Shown: positions 51,141 through 61,579, counted from the stretch's first letter. The stretch: 62,813 bases of DNA from a virus (IMGVR_UViG_3300030118_004366:1-62813), one strand, 5' to 3'. Translations and numbers: made by a program. The notes: a model not told the origin generated them from the sequence alone.

Positions 51141-53222
51141 ATGGCTGAGAACGTAAAAAACAAAGTAACACCAGGAGCTTCTAACAAATATTCTCTCTAC
51201 GCAGGTAGAGAAGAAACAGTTAACTGGGGGCAGGTAGCAGTTAACCTTACAAAAGGGTTAAACACTATTGCTAAAGAAAGAGAAGCTGCTAAGCAAAAAA
51301 TTATAGATGACACTAACGCAGCAATGACTGAGCTTAGTGAAATCGCTGACGTTCAGTCAGGCTCTATGAACTCTATACTTATAGATGGTTCAGACTTTTC
51401 AAAAAACACTTTACAAGCAAACATGGATTTAGTTAGACGTGGTCTGTTAGACCCAAAAGACTACATGTTAATTATGCAACAACAAAAAGATGGTTATAAA
51501 TCTTTAAGTAACTATGCTAAAAATTATGATGCCAAATATCAAGAAGGAATGGCAAGGATACAAGATGGTAGTGCCAGTAATTTAGAAGAATATTTTAGAG
51601 GAACTGGTTTTAGTTTTGGTAATGTAAAAAACAAAAAGCTATGGACAGACCCTGGAACAGGTGAATTGTTTTTAGTTGAGATGCAACCAGACCCAGATAA
51701 TCCAGGTAAATTTATTTTACCAGACCGTAATGAAATGCCTGGGGCCTATGCCTCACCATCATCTATGGTAAACATGATAGGGTTTCAAGAAGACTCAAAA
51801 AATTTAAGCGAAGATGTAAAGAATATGGTTACCGCTAATTTAGCTGAGGTAGTAACAGCCACTATAAGTTCTTATAGTGTTTTGTCTGGAGGAAAGGATG
51901 TGACAAGTATAGAAGATTTTAGACAGTTGTTTGATGATGTAGAAGGAGCAGGCTTTACAGATGCTCAGGGTAATAAAATGTCTTACGATGACTGGATGAC
52001 TCAACAAGCTAAAGGTGTTGTAGGAAATGCAAATGGTGCAGCAGAGTATTTAATGAATGCTAATATGGGTTATTTTTTTACTGATGATAAAAAGGTAGCA
52101 GAAAGTAATCCGCTTGCAATATTAGCTGTGAGTGATGGTGGCCCTCCACAAGTTACTATAAGTGACAAGCAAATGGAGGCTGCAGAAAACTTAGCTAAGA
52201 ATCAAATTAATTCTCAGTTAGATTCAGTTGTAAAAGTAAATGCTGGTCTCGGTGGTCAACAAGAAAGAGCGCAAACTACTGGTGAAATAAATCAAGAAAA
52301 CATTGATGATAATATTAACGGATACCTTAATGACTTGAATCGTGTATTAACTGACACAGATTTACAATCTGCTGAATCACAATTACAAAAATTGATACAA
52401 CAAAGAAACGAACAAAACATTAAAAGTAAAAATCCAGTTATTAATAATGTAGATATTACAGACGACGTGATATTAATAGAATTTGATGGTAGAGAGCCTA
52501 TACAAATACAAAGAAGAAAATATAATGATGATGGTACAGTAGCTGGTGAAACCACCTTGCAAGAAGATATCGCTTCCCTATATGATGTGTTAAGTCCTTT
52601 CGGTGATAAAGAAGGATATGACTTGTCAACTACTGAAGTTGATAAGAGGATAGAAGGTAACGTATCATTAGGTGACAGGGGTGAAAATAGAAATGTAGGA
52701 TTCGAGGAAGCAAGAGCAGATGCGTCTACTGATAATACTTCAGCAAAAATTTATGACATAGACGGTACAGATGAAACGATTCTTGATTACTTAAGGGATG
52801 AAGGTGGTATGTCTGAGACTACAACAGGTAATAGAAATGCCGAAATACAAAGAGTATTAACTCAAACCATAAATAGATTCTTATCTGCTTCTGACAAGCA
52901 AGCATTTGCAGACGCAGGCTTTACAGGTTTAAAAATTGACGTGTCTGGTACTGGTACTAATAATAAAATTACTCTGATATATAAAAAACCTGGTGGTGGT
53001 GGTACTGTGGAAGAAGTAAGAGAGGTTATTGGTACAGGGAGAGACGGAACAACCATGGAGCAGTTGGCCGACGCCATTGCTGATGGTATGAATAAAGTTA
53101 ATGAGGATGCTAATAAGAACAGAGTAAAGAAAGGGCAAACATTTAGGCCCACCCTAATGCAATACTTAAAAGATAACCCTGAGAAAACTGCAAAGGATTA
53201 TAAACAACAATATGGCTTATAG
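51141..53222 (+). CDS. Internal virion protein (gp15-like by position)
   Basis: 693-aa ORF. Confidence 0.5.
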   Translation: MAENVKNKVTPGASNKYSLYAGREETVNWGQVAVNLTKGLNTIAKEREAAKQKIIDDTNAAMTELSEIADVQSGSMNSILIDGSDFSKNTLQANMDLVRRGLLDPKDYMLIMQQQKDGYKSLSNYAKNYDAKYQEGMARIQDGSASNLEEYFRGTGFSFGNVKNKKLWTDPGTGELFLVEMQPDPDNPGKFILPDRNEMPGAYASPSSMVNMIGFQEDSKNLSEDVKNMVTANLAEVVTATISSYSVLSGGKDVTSIEDFRQLFDDVEGAGFTDAQGNKMSYDDWMTQQAKGVVGNANGAAEYLMNANMGYFFTDDKKVAESNPLAILAVSDGGPPQVTISDKQMEAAENLAKNQINSQLDSVVKVNAGLGGQQERAQTTGEINQENIDDNINGYLNDLNRVLTDTDLQSAESQLQKLIQQRNEQNIKSKNPVINNVDITDDVILIEFDGREPIQIQRRKYNDDGTVAGETTLQEDIASLYDVLSPFGDKEGYDLSTTEVDKRIEGNVSLGDRGENRNVGFEEARADASTDNTSAKIYDIDGTDETILDYLRDEGGMSETTTGNRNAEIQRVLTQTINRFLSASDKQAFADAGFTGLKIDVSGTGTNNKITLIYKKPGGGGTVEEVREVIGTGRDGTTMEQLADAIADGMNKVNEDANKNRVKKGQTFRPTLMQYLKDNPEKTAKDYKQQYGL

Positions 53223-53228
53223 TGAATT

Positions 53229-56200
53229 ATGAATGAGATTCAAATAAAAATATTAGAAGATATATTTACATTGGTTCCCGAGGGAACCTTTAGTGATATA
53301 GAGGAGCTACAAGAATTTATTGAAGACAAAGGTGTAGAAGATATATTTACATTAATGCCAGAGGGTGTCTTTGGAGATGAAGAAGAGTTTGAGGAGTTTA
53401 TAACACCCTTAAAAAAAAAAGACTTTTCTGGAGATGGACCTCAGCAGCCCGTGGATTCGGCTACGCAAACTCCTACAGAAGAGACTCCTTTGTCTCGAGG
53501 TCCTGGTTCTTCGGCTACACCCGATAGAACAGTAGACCGTATTAATCCACAAATAGGTTCAATACAAACCCAACAAAATTTACCAGATAAACCAGTGGGC
53601 ACAAGGTATGGTGCTAACGTTGAGTCAGGTGAAAAAAATACTTGGCTTGAAGAAATGCTGGGTAAAAATGCTGTCACAGATTTCTTTGGTGATATGTACA
53701 GAGCAGGTGCTCAAGGTATAGGTCAAGGTGCTACAATAGATGATGCAAGAAAATTATTTGTGTCTGGTAGTGAAACTTCACAGGAGGATGTAGCAAAATA
53801 TATTGAGGCCGTTCAAAGAATGGATGATTATAGTATGTCTGATGAAATGAAATCTTTTAACAGAATATATGAGGATAATGGTGGGGGAGTTTTAGGATTT
53901 GTTTTAGGTGTTGGTGAAAATCCAACTGTCCTTGGACAATTATTTATATCATCAATAGCATCAATGGTAAACCCTGATGTAATTGCAGGTGCTGCAGCGG
54001 CAGGTGCAACTGGTGCTGGTGTAGCAGCTGGTGCTGGTGCATTAGCTGGAACAGGAATAGTACCTGGATTAGGTACTGCAGTTGGAGCTATTGGTGGAAC
54101 TATTGGTGGTGGTATATCTGGAGCAATATTAGGAGCAAGTGCTACGCTTGAAACAGGTTTAGCTTTTACAGAGTTTATGAAAGAAGAAGTGGAGCAAGCA
54201 GGTTTTAAATTTGATAAAGAGGGAGTAAGAAATATACTAAATAATCCAGATGCCATGCAGTCAATTAGAAATAAAGCTATGGCAAGAGGTCTCGTTATAG
54301 GTACTATAGATGCGTTTACACGAGGAGCAGCAAGTAAGATAGGGGGTAGCACCATAAAGGCTGCAAAAGCGGCAGACAAGGCTATTACAAAAGGAATGAA
54401 GGCAAGGGCTGGTTTAAAAGCCGCAGGTATTGAAGCTGTTGGAGGTTCAACAGGTGAAGCCACCGCAAGAGCAGTTACAGGTCAAGAACAAGATACAGCT
54501 GAAATTTTATTTGAAGGTGTAACAGGACAGGCTTCTTCTGTATTATCAGTACCAGCTGCAGTAAGTGGTAGGAGTTTGACAGAGATAGGTAATGACATGG
54601 TAGGTAAAGGCACAAACTTTTTTAAACCACCAAGTTATGGTTACTTGACAAAGAAAGGCGAAAAGCAGCAGATGACTAAAAAACAAATTGAAGCTGCTAT
54701 TGATACTATGACTGACCAAGAAATAATAGATTCTCAGTTTGTTATTGAAAACGACACAGCTCTTGAACAAAAATATACCAACAGAAGACAACAAGCAAAT
54801 ATAAACGAACAGACTCCTGACAATATTAAAGGAGAGAATAGAAAAAGATATATAGAATTGACACAGGAGAAATCTAATATGGAAAATCCTGATACTCCTG
54901 AAAACAAAGAAAGGATAAAAGCTATTGATGAAGAACTTAAATCCATTACTGATGAAGCAGAAGCAGCCCCAGCTGAAGAGCAGACTGGACTTCCTGAATC
55001 AGAGGTACAAACAAAAGTGGAAAATGAAAGAAAAAAATTCATTAAATTAGCAAAAGATGAATTAATATCAGAAGGTATATTAGAACCTACTGAACAACAA
55101 ATAAACGATAGAGCCAATGCCCTTCAAGAGTCAAGCGCAACGCAGGTGGATGTACAAGAATCTACCACAGATAGCCCAGAAGTGGGAGAAGGAGACGCCC
55201 CAGGGGTCGTTACCCCAGAGAGTCAGACCCAAGAGCAGGTTGCTGACAAGCCTATTGAGACGCAAACGCAAGAGGAAATAAGTGTAAACATTGCACCGTT
55301 TTATGAGACCAGTATAGAATCTACAACTGAAGCTGGTGGTCTAAGAAAATCTCCACAATACCAACAGTATAAACAAGGGTTGCAAGATACGGCAAATGAG
55401 TTAGGATTAGAAATTGAAATAGAAGAAGGTGTAGGTGGTTATGTAAATGATGCGGGGAATAAGATAAGAGAAATAAGTAATGTAGTAAAATTAAAGAATG
55501 CTACACTACAACAAGCAGCAGAATACGCAGCAATGTTGGCTGCATTATCTCCTGAAGTTCAAGAATCAAGTATAGCTGCTGAGTATGTAGCAGACGATTC
55601 ACCAGGCGTTACAGGACAAGAGTATACACTGGAAGTATCAGATGCAGAAGGTACCTTTCAAGCACTGAAAGAAGTAGGTATTGATGAATATACTTTGAAT
55701 GAATCAAATAATTTATTAACTTTGTTCAAGTTTAATGACGCTACAGAGGTAGATGTCCTTAACAAATTACAAGCATTAAAAGATAATTTAGATGGCAGAA
55801 ACATCCAACACACCGCAAAAACAAGGGAATCAATCAAAAGTGAATATATCACAGTTGAGGAAAGAAAATCGTTTCTTGCAACTCTTCGAAGGAATCTCAT
55901 CAACCAAGGCAAAGAGGGGACAAACCTTTATAAGAAGGTCATCTCGGCGATAAACAGAGACGCAGAGAGTCAAGGCATATCCCCTAACGAATATATAGGT
56001 ACACAAGAAGCACCACAAGTAACGGCCGACCAAAGTCGTGTAGAAAAAATAGCACAAGACATAAAGAAAAAAATACTTAGTCGTAGACCAAAGTCTATGA
56101 ATCCTGCTTACATAGTAAAGCAAGTAACTGAATATTTAACACAAACCAAACTACGTTCTGAACTGAATGATGTTCAGTTTGATGCGTTAGTTAGAAAGGT

Positions 56201-59200
56201 TACGGAAGATTTAGGAGTCAAGGTTAAAAAAGGACCAAGTGTTAAAAAGATACTTGGTAAACCTAAAGATAAAAAGGTTGTAGTAAATGAAAGAGTAGCA
56301 CTTAAAGACCAAATAAGAAAAGAAGCTAAAGCTGCAAGAGAAGGAGCAGCTGCTTATAAAAAGTCTATGAAAAACATAGCTGGTCTAATAAGTAGCTTTG
56401 GAAAAAACCTTGGTAAGATTTCACAAGCTAAAGTAAAAGCAGTTACAAAAAGATTTGCAAATGTAAATCTAAATAATAAAAAATCTGTAGATAACTTCTT
56501 GACATTTGTAGATAATGTATTTACAAAAGCAGATTATGTACAACGTTTAAACACTGCCAGGAAACAATCCAGAAAAGCTAAGAAGCAAGTGGGTGGAGCA
56601 AAGACTGGTGTATTACCAGCTGATTTAAAAGCTGCGTTGAAGACAGTGTTCAGTATAAACCCTGCACTCATACCAGAACCTTTATTAGATTCTTTTATAG
56701 AACTTACATCTGAGTATGGCTCAGGTAAAAAAGTTCCTTCGTTTAAAAAAGCTCAAGAAACTTTACCAAAAGCTCTGGAGATAATTAATGGTGTCCAGGA
56801 AAATATAAATGAAGATATTGATTCGATTAAAGCTGAGCCTACACCTGATGATTTTGATGCAGATGCAACTATTAAAACTATATCTGAAAAACAAAAGACA
56901 GTTACTGAAGCTGACTTAAATAATATACCAGATAAAAGAGCTAAAGAAGATGCGCGTCAAATATTAAACATGACTCCAGAAGAAATGAAACAACTGGATG
57001 ATTCTGATTTAAAAGTATTAGACCAGATAATAGAAAACATTAAGAATGGTTTTGCTGGTAAACCAGTTACTGACATAGCAACAAAGCTTAATGCTATAAA
57101 AAGTTTTAACCAAGTTAATCCTATCATTCGAGCCTTTACACAAAATAAATATGTAGATGCTATAACTAATCTATATAGTAAAATAAAAAATGCAAGAACA
57201 AAAAGAGGGTTTTTAACAGAAAGAATTCGTAGTCTTTCAACTTTCTTTATTGATGATGTGTTTGGAAATAGAAATAGTAAAACACTTTATAACAATACGT
57301 TTGGTAAGATAGCAAGGTCTTTAGAAACTGTTAAATCTAAAATAAAAAGATTAGAGACAAAAGTAAATGCAGCTGAAAAATTATTAAACACTGACGGTAA
57401 TAGATTAGGTATAACAAGAAATGCTTTAGTCAAAAAGAAATACAAACTTAGAGTGTTACAGTTACAAAGAGAACATGAATCTAATTTTGTTGACGGTAAA
57501 CCTAACGCAAAGACTCCTCCTGCTATAGACTTTATGAATAAAACAATAGACGCTATAGAGAATGAGGGTATTTTAAACGAACAAGATGCAATAATACTTA
57601 AAGAATTAAAAGCAGAGTTTGAAGTAGATGGACAAATAAGTTTAGAAAAAATAGAAAACTCTTTAACCGCTAAAGAAAAGAAAGCCCTGGCGTTATATGA
57701 TGATGTGAATAATTCTTTAGCGTCTGAAGCTGAATATAACGCAGCTAATTTACATGGTCAACCTGTTGAGTTATATAATAATTATAGTCACCGTTATGTT
57801 ATAGACCCTAAAACAAAGAACGAACAAACCGTACAAAAATTAGTAGACAAAGTAAATAACAATGTAACAAGCACGAAATCAAATACAATAGTCACCAGAA
57901 CAAATGGTGCTAAAGCTATTAGTTTTGACCCAAGCTTTTCAGCAATGCGTGGAGCTCAAGAAACTATTATGGATTATGAGATGACCCAGACATTAAGAGA
58001 AGTAGACCAAACTATAAAAAGAGTTAAAGAGGATGCGAAAAGCGGAAGTAAAGATGCGAAGCAAGCGATAAATGCTATTGAAAAAGCTAAGACAGAGGTA
58101 GTAGATATTATTTTAAAAGGAACATATACAGATACGCCAAGTGATAACTTAAGTACAATGAACTTAATGCGTCTTGGTTATCAAGCCACCTTAGGTTCTA
58201 TATACAGAATGGGAGCTGAAATTGTAGCAAACTTTGGTATCATGTTAAAGAATCCTGCTATGGCAGCCAGAGCTTACAAAAGCTTTGCCACGTGGGTTGC
58301 TAATCCAAAAAATGTTACAGCTGGTTTTGATGCCATGACAAATCTTAGGTCATCACAAACAAGTAAACTTTATAATGCTGACGTAATGGAATCTAAACAT
58401 ACACAAATGTCAGACTACGGTGGTTTAGATGCTAAAGCTGGTTCAGCTACAAGTCGTTTAAACAATGTCTTTGGTGAAATTTTAAAATATACAGGACTAA
58501 AACTAACAGGTAGAATAGTTAATTCAATAGCATCAAACATAATAACTTTTCCTGATAAAGCCATGTCACGTCCTTTATGGTTTGGTAAATGGGCAGACTC
58601 CTTTGAAGCCCAGGTAAAAGAAATAACAGGCGAAGATGTTAAGATTTCTAAAAAAGATTTTCAAGAAATAGCAGATGGAACATCGAGATATTTATCTCCT
58701 GAGTTTAAAGAAGCTCGAGATAATGCAACAGCTATGGCAGATGGTGAAGTAGTTACCATGGCAACTTCTAATAATGCAGCTGATGCCATTATTAAAAACA
58801 TGAGAAGAACAGATGATAAAGCTGGTATGTCAATATACAGAATGGCTAATTCATACATGGCAAGATTTAGTTTGTTTGAATTTGCGACTGCACGAAATGC
58901 AATCTTTGCTTTATTTAATAAAGGTGACTTATCAAAAGCTGAAGCTGCTGGTCTACTTGCTGGTATTACTTTTAGAATGTCTGCATATATGACTGTGTAT
59001 GGTATGTTGACAAGCGCATTAGATGAAGAATTATTTGATGCAAAAGATGATAAAGACGAAGAAATAGAAGATGTAATGGCAAGACAAATAGTAGGAGCAA
59101 TGATATCTCTTCTTGCAAGACAATCATTAGGAAACATCCCTATGCTACCAATTAATTTCTACTTAGAAGAATCAGTTAACAGAAATTTATTAGAAGAATT

Positions 59201-59663
59201 AAGAGATGGTGAAGAGTATGATAAGTATAAACACTCTATTGTGTTCAGTCAGATAGGTGTTGAAGATTTAAAAAAGAAAAGCTTAGAGGAAATATTCGTT
59301 GACTCTTTTGCTGGTCCTTATGGTCCAATTATAAATACTTTGTCTCGATTAGTTAAGGTGGGTATCTCGTCTCAAACAGCACAAAAAAAAGAGACAAGAG
59401 ATAAAGCTATGAAGGAAATAGAAGAAAGGTTAATACTTGAAGTGTTGGGTAATTTAGGACTTGTTCCTTTATATAAAGATGTACGAAGAGTAGTAATTAA
59501 AGATATGTTTCCGCCCGAAGAAAAACTTACTCCTGAACAAAAGAAACGTTTAAAAAAAATAGAGGAACAAAAAAATAGAAGACGACCTCAAAGAGGAAAA
59601 GGTGGAGACAGAAGAACTACAACAAATAGAAGACCTAAGAGAGTTAGAGTAAATACAAGATGA
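53229..59663 (+). CDS. Giant internal virion / DNA-ejection protein (gp16-like by position)
   Basis: 2144 aa. It has a duplicated N-terminal EDIFTL.PEG.F.D.EE..EFI motif and a Gly/Ala-rich membrane-like segment (AGAAAAGATGAGVAAGAGALAGTGIV..). Hydrophobic helices lie near the C-terminus, and the tail is rich in Arg and Lys. Confidence 0.6.
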   Translation: MNEIQIKILEDIFTLVPEGTFSDIEELQEFIEDKGVEDIFTLMPEGVFGDEEEFEEFITPLKKKDFSGDGPQQPVDSATQTPTEETPLSRGPGSSATPDRTVDRINPQIGSIQTQQNLPDKPVGTRYGANVESGEKNTWLEEMLGKNAVTDFFGDMYRAGAQGIGQGATIDDARKLFVSGSETSQEDVAKYIEAVQRMDDYSMSDEMKSFNRIYEDNGGGVLGFVLGVGENPTVLGQLFISSIASMVNPDVIAGAAAAGATGAGVAAGAGALAGTGIVPGLGTAVGAIGGTIGGGISGAILGASATLETGLAFTEFMKEEVEQAGFKFDKEGVRNILNNPDAMQSIRNKAMARGLVIGTIDAFTRGAASKIGGSTIKAAKAADKAITKGMKARAGLKAAGIEAVGGSTGEATARAVTGQEQDTAEILFEGVTGQASSVLSVPAAVSGRSLTEIGNDMVGKGTNFFKPPSYGYLTKKGEKQQMTKKQIEAAIDTMTDQEIIDSQFVIENDTALEQKYTNRRQQANINEQTPDNIKGENRKRYIELTQEKSNMENPDTPENKERIKAIDEELKSITDEAEAAPAEEQTGLPESEVQTKVENERKKFIKLAKDELISEGILEPTEQQINDRANALQESSATQVDVQESTTDSPEVGEGDAPGVVTPESQTQEQVADKPIETQTQEEISVNIAPFYETSIESTTEAGGLRKSPQYQQYKQGLQDTANELGLEIEIEEGVGGYVNDAGNKIREISNVVKLKNATLQQAAEYAAMLAALSPEVQESSIAAEYVADDSPGVTGQEYTLEVSDAEGTFQALKEVGIDEYTLNESNNLLTLFKFNDATEVDVLNKLQALKDNLDGRNIQHTAKTRESIKSEYITVEERKSFLATLRRNLINQGKEGTNLYKKVISAINRDAESQGISPNEYIGTQEAPQVTADQSRVEKIAQDIKKKILSRRPKSMNPAYIVKQVTEYLTQTKLRSELNDVQFDALVRKVTEDLGVKVKKGPSVKKILGKPKDKKVVVNERVALKDQIRKEAKAAREGAAAYKKSMKNIAGLISSFGKNLGKISQAKVKAVTKRFANVNLNNKKSVDNFLTFVDNVFTKADYVQRLNTARKQSRKAKKQVGGAKTGVLPADLKAALKTVFSINPALIPEPLLDSFIELTSEYGSGKKVPSFKKAQETLPKALEIINGVQENINEDIDSIKAEPTPDDFDADATIKTISEKQKTVTEADLNNIPDKRAKEDARQILNMTPEEMKQLDDSDLKVLDQIIENIKNGFAGKPVTDIATKLNAIKSFNQVNPIIRAFTQNKYVDAITNLYSKIKNARTKRGFLTERIRSLSTFFIDDVFGNRNSKTLYNNTFGKIARSLETVKSKIKRLETKVNAAEKLLNTDGNRLGITRNALVKKKYKLRVLQLQREHESNFVDGKPNAKTPPAIDFMNKTIDAIENEGILNEQDAIILKELKAEFEVDGQISLEKIENSLTAKEKKALALYDDVNNSLASEAEYNAANLHGQPVELYNNYSHRYVIDPKTKNEQTVQKLVDKVNNNVTSTKSNTIVTRTNGAKAISFDPSFSAMRGAQETIMDYEMTQTLREVDQTIKRVKEDAKSGSKDAKQAINAIEKAKTEVVDIILKGTYTDTPSDNLSTMNLMRLGYQATLGSIYRMGAEIVANFGIMLKNPAMAARAYKSFATWVANPKNVTAGFDAMTNLRSSQTSKLYNADVMESKHTQMSDYGGLDAKAGSATSRLNNVFGEILKYTGLKLTGRIVNSIASNIITFPDKAMSRPLWFGKWADSFEAQVKEITGEDVKISKKDFQEIADGTSRYLSPEFKEARDNATAMADGEVVTMATSNNAADAIIKNMRRTDDKAGMSIYRMANSYMARFSLFEFATARNAIFALFNKGDLSKAEAAGLLAGITFRMSAYMTVYGMLTSALDEELFDAKDDKDEEIEDVMARQIVGAMISLLARQSLGNIPMLPINFYLEESVNRNLLEELRDGEEYDKYKHSIVFSQIGVEDLKKKSLEEIFVDSFAGPYGPIINTLSRLVKVGISSQTAQKKETRDKAMKEIEERLILEVLGNLGLVPLYKDVRRVVIKDMFPPEEKLTPEQKKRLKKIEEQKNRRRPQRGKGGDRRTTTNRRPKRVRVNTR

Positions 59664-59995
59664 AATACTTTGATGAACATAAATGTATGATGGACAGTTA
59701 TAAATTGTTAACTGGTAAAGCTTCTTATGAAGAGTTGTTAGATGATGATAATAACCCACCAGCATTTATATTTAATCCAACTAAACCAGTGGTGTCTATG
59801 GAGGATGATGTCTTTGATGTGTTGATGGAATACTTTGTAGACCTGGAGGACTATGAAAAGTGCGCTGAATTAAGAGAACACAAGCGTCTTAATTCTTACT
59901 ATAGTTTGTCCTCTCCGCTTGTAACTTATAAAAGTGGAATGCCTGCATTCCGCTCACGTGGGAATCGGTTGGGAAAAAATACTTCCAACCCTTAG
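59660..59995 (+). CDS. Small protein with UVR-like motif (3' end uncertain)
   Basis: 111 aa. ..MEYFVDLEDYEKCAELREH.. resembles the UvrB/UvrC-type UVR motif. The last 107 nt overlap a convergent gene. Confidence 0.45.
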   Translation: MKYFDEHKCMMDSYKLLTGKASYEELLDDDNNPPAFIFNPTKPVVSMEDDVFDVLMEYFVDLEDYEKCAELREHKRLNSYYSLSSPLVTYKSGMPAFRSRGNRLGKNTSNP

Positions 59996-60221
59996 ACCTT
60001 CCTCTATTAATATAATAACAAAAAGCTACAGCCAGTTTACCGCTTTGTTTAAGTGTTGATGTTTTCTTAAAATTTATTACAGCTGAATCATCTGATAGTG
60101 GTATAATATCTTCAACTGAAAATGTTTCTTTGTTTTGATTTCCATCCCGATTGAAATTAGAAAATCTGTCTGCTATAGTTTGAGCAAACTTTTTAAGCTC
60201 CAAGGCTCTATCTCTATTCAT
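59889..60221 (-). CDS. Hypothetical protein (start set at MNRDRAL, ATGA overlap with upstream gene)
   Basis: 110 aa. It is the last gene of the leftward arm. Confidence 0.5.
   Translation of the reverse strand: MNRDRALELKKFAQTIADRFSNFNRDGNQNKETFSVEDIIPLSDDSAVINFKKTSTLKQSGKLAVAFCYYINRGRSKGWKYFFPTDSHVSGMQAFHFYKLQAERTNYSKN
59936..59990. terminator. Two hairpins at the convergence point of the two arms (possible bidirectional terminator)
   Basis: The hairpins are GGAATGC-ct-GCATTCC (59936..59951) and GGTTGG-gaaaaaatactt-CCAACC (59967..59990). Confidence 0.35.
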
Positions 60222-60415
60222 ATTTCGTCTGTTAGTGATTGTATTAATTCGGCCATGACTTTGCAAATATTCTGAGCTGTTTGCTTGGCCTTCTCGTTAT
60301 CACGGTCCATTAAATCCTCATATAATTGGTCCACCAAGTCATGACTACTATTTGTCACGTGGTTAATGTGAGAAATAGACTGGTTGTCATTTTTCGATAT
60401 GGGTGGCGTCATCAA
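60218..60415 (-). CDS. Hypothetical small protein
   Basis: 65-aa ORF. Confidence 0.5.
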   Translation of the reverse strand: MMTPPISKNDNQSISHINHVTNSSHDLVDQLYEDLMDRDNEKAKQTAQNICKVMAELIQSLTDEI

Positions 60416-60661
60416 TTATTTATCCATAGAATCAAGTAAAAGTTTTCCTTTGGATTCGTCTATAGATTTTATCGCTCGGTAAATATTTCTTGATTGGGTT
60501 CGTACATTCTTTTTTTCCCCTATTGTACTGTCCGTTCCCAAGTTCGCGTATTGAGTGCAATCTATATGTAACAATGTATCAATCTTTTTTTTGTCTGACC
60601 AGGTGATGTAAGATAAAATCTTATCTATATCAGTAGCTTTATATTTACAATCTTCAGACAT
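60416..60661 (-). CDS. Hypothetical small protein
   Basis: 81-aa ORF. Confidence 0.55.
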   Translation of the reverse strand: MSEDCKYKATDIDKILSYITWSDKKKIDTLLHIDCTQYANLGTDSTIGEKKNVRTQSRNIYRAIKSIDESKGKLLLDSMDK

Positions 60662-61064
60662 TTTGTAGCTCGTTTAATTGTTTTTGTAATAGTCTCGACT
60701 CCAAATTAAGCAAAAAAATCCTATCTTGCAAATCTTTTATCTGCTCAGAACGTTTGGTATAACGCTTTAAATGGTAGTTTTCACCCCACTTTTTTAACAA
60801 TTCTACTTTTTTTTCTGCTAAAGATTTGTTGTATTTAATCATGTAGGGTAGTTCATTATAAGCATGTATAACAGTAGCATGGTTTTTGTTAAAAACTTTT
60901 GCTATCTCTTGATACGTCATGTTTAAACAGTCTCTTAAAATACTGTAACAAACAGCTCTGGCAAGTATGTATTGTTCTTTCCGAGAATTAAGATGAATGT
61001 CTATTTGGAAAACTCTACTGGCTTCTAATAACAAGTTTTGGATAGCTGAATCTTTCGTCGACAT
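60654..61064 (-). CDS. DnaA domain IV-like helix-turn-helix DNA-binding protein (second paralogue)
   Basis: 136 aa. ..RKEQYILARAVCYSILRDCLNMTYQEIAKVFNKNHATVIHAYNEL.. parallels the DnaA C-terminal domain. It has a coiled-coil tail. Confidence 0.65.
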   Translation of the reverse strand: MSTKDSAIQNLLLEASRVFQIDIHLNSRKEQYILARAVCYSILRDCLNMTYQEIAKVFNKNHATVIHAYNELPYMIKYNKSLAEKKVELLKKWGENYHLKRYTKRSEQIKDLQDRIFLLNLESRLLQKQLNELQNV

Positions 61065-61449
61065 TTAAATTTAATTTAAGATTTATAAAGTCTAAGTATT
61101 CATCCATGTCAATAAACTGTAAGTCACTTAACACTATGAAATTTTCTTCAGACTTTGTGATTTCTATAATAAAAGGAATAGCTTCTCCATAATGATAAAC
61201 TAATCCAGCTCGTACATGTGAGCATAATCTATTCACCTCCAGTTCAGGAAGGTGCTCTTCAATATACAGAGCGATAGTTAAAGATAAAGTAGATGGTAAA
61301 TTTTCTAATGCTGAAATAAAATAATCATCTAATTCAAAGTCCTTTACGTACGATAACTTTACATCCATGTTCTTCAAGTTCTTCAATTCTATATTCTTGT
61401 AGCTTTGAAACTTTCCCATTTGTTTTTTTGACTTCGATAAATTCAACAT
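61015..61449 (-). CDS. Hypothetical protein (start uncertain)
   Basis: 144-aa ORF overlapping the VRR-NUC 3' end. Internal Met codons would reduce the overlap. Confidence 0.5.
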   Translation of the reverse strand: MLNLSKSKKQMGKFQSYKNIELKNLKNMDVKLSYVKDFELDDYFISALENLPSTLSLTIALYIEEHLPELEVNRLCSHVRAGLVYHYGEAIPFIIEITKSEENFIVLSDLQFIDMDEYLDFINLKLNLNVDERFSYPKLVIRSQ

Positions 61450-61579
61450 CAGAGTTTGGCGGTATGGCTATTAAGTCAGGGATACCATTTTTGTTTGTCA
61501 TCTTTAACTTAATAACGTAGTAGCCTTTAGCCTCCATCTCTTTAATTACTTTAGCTTGTATCTTCTGCTCCGTCATCAC
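61334..61579 (-). CDS. VRR-NUC domain nuclease
   Basis: 81 aa. ..GIPDLIAIPPNSDVEFIEVKKTNGKVSKLQ.. gives the PD...E.K core plus the conserved Gln. Confidence 0.75.
   Translation of the reverse strand: MMTEQKIQAKVIKEMEAKGYYVIKLKMTNKNGIPDLIAIPPNSDVEFIEVKKTNGKVSKLQEYRIEELEEHGCKVIVRKGL

Noticed and set aside
53828-54463. A 211-aa minus-strand ORF rich in Pro and Ala.
   Set aside because: It is the mirror image of the Gly/Ala-rich segment of the 2144-aa gene, so it is a shadow ORF.
53229-59663. The 2144-aa protein as an N4-like virion RNA polymerase.
   Set aside because: I could not find polymerase catalytic motifs. The genome also uses host-type TAnnTTTG promoters on both arms.
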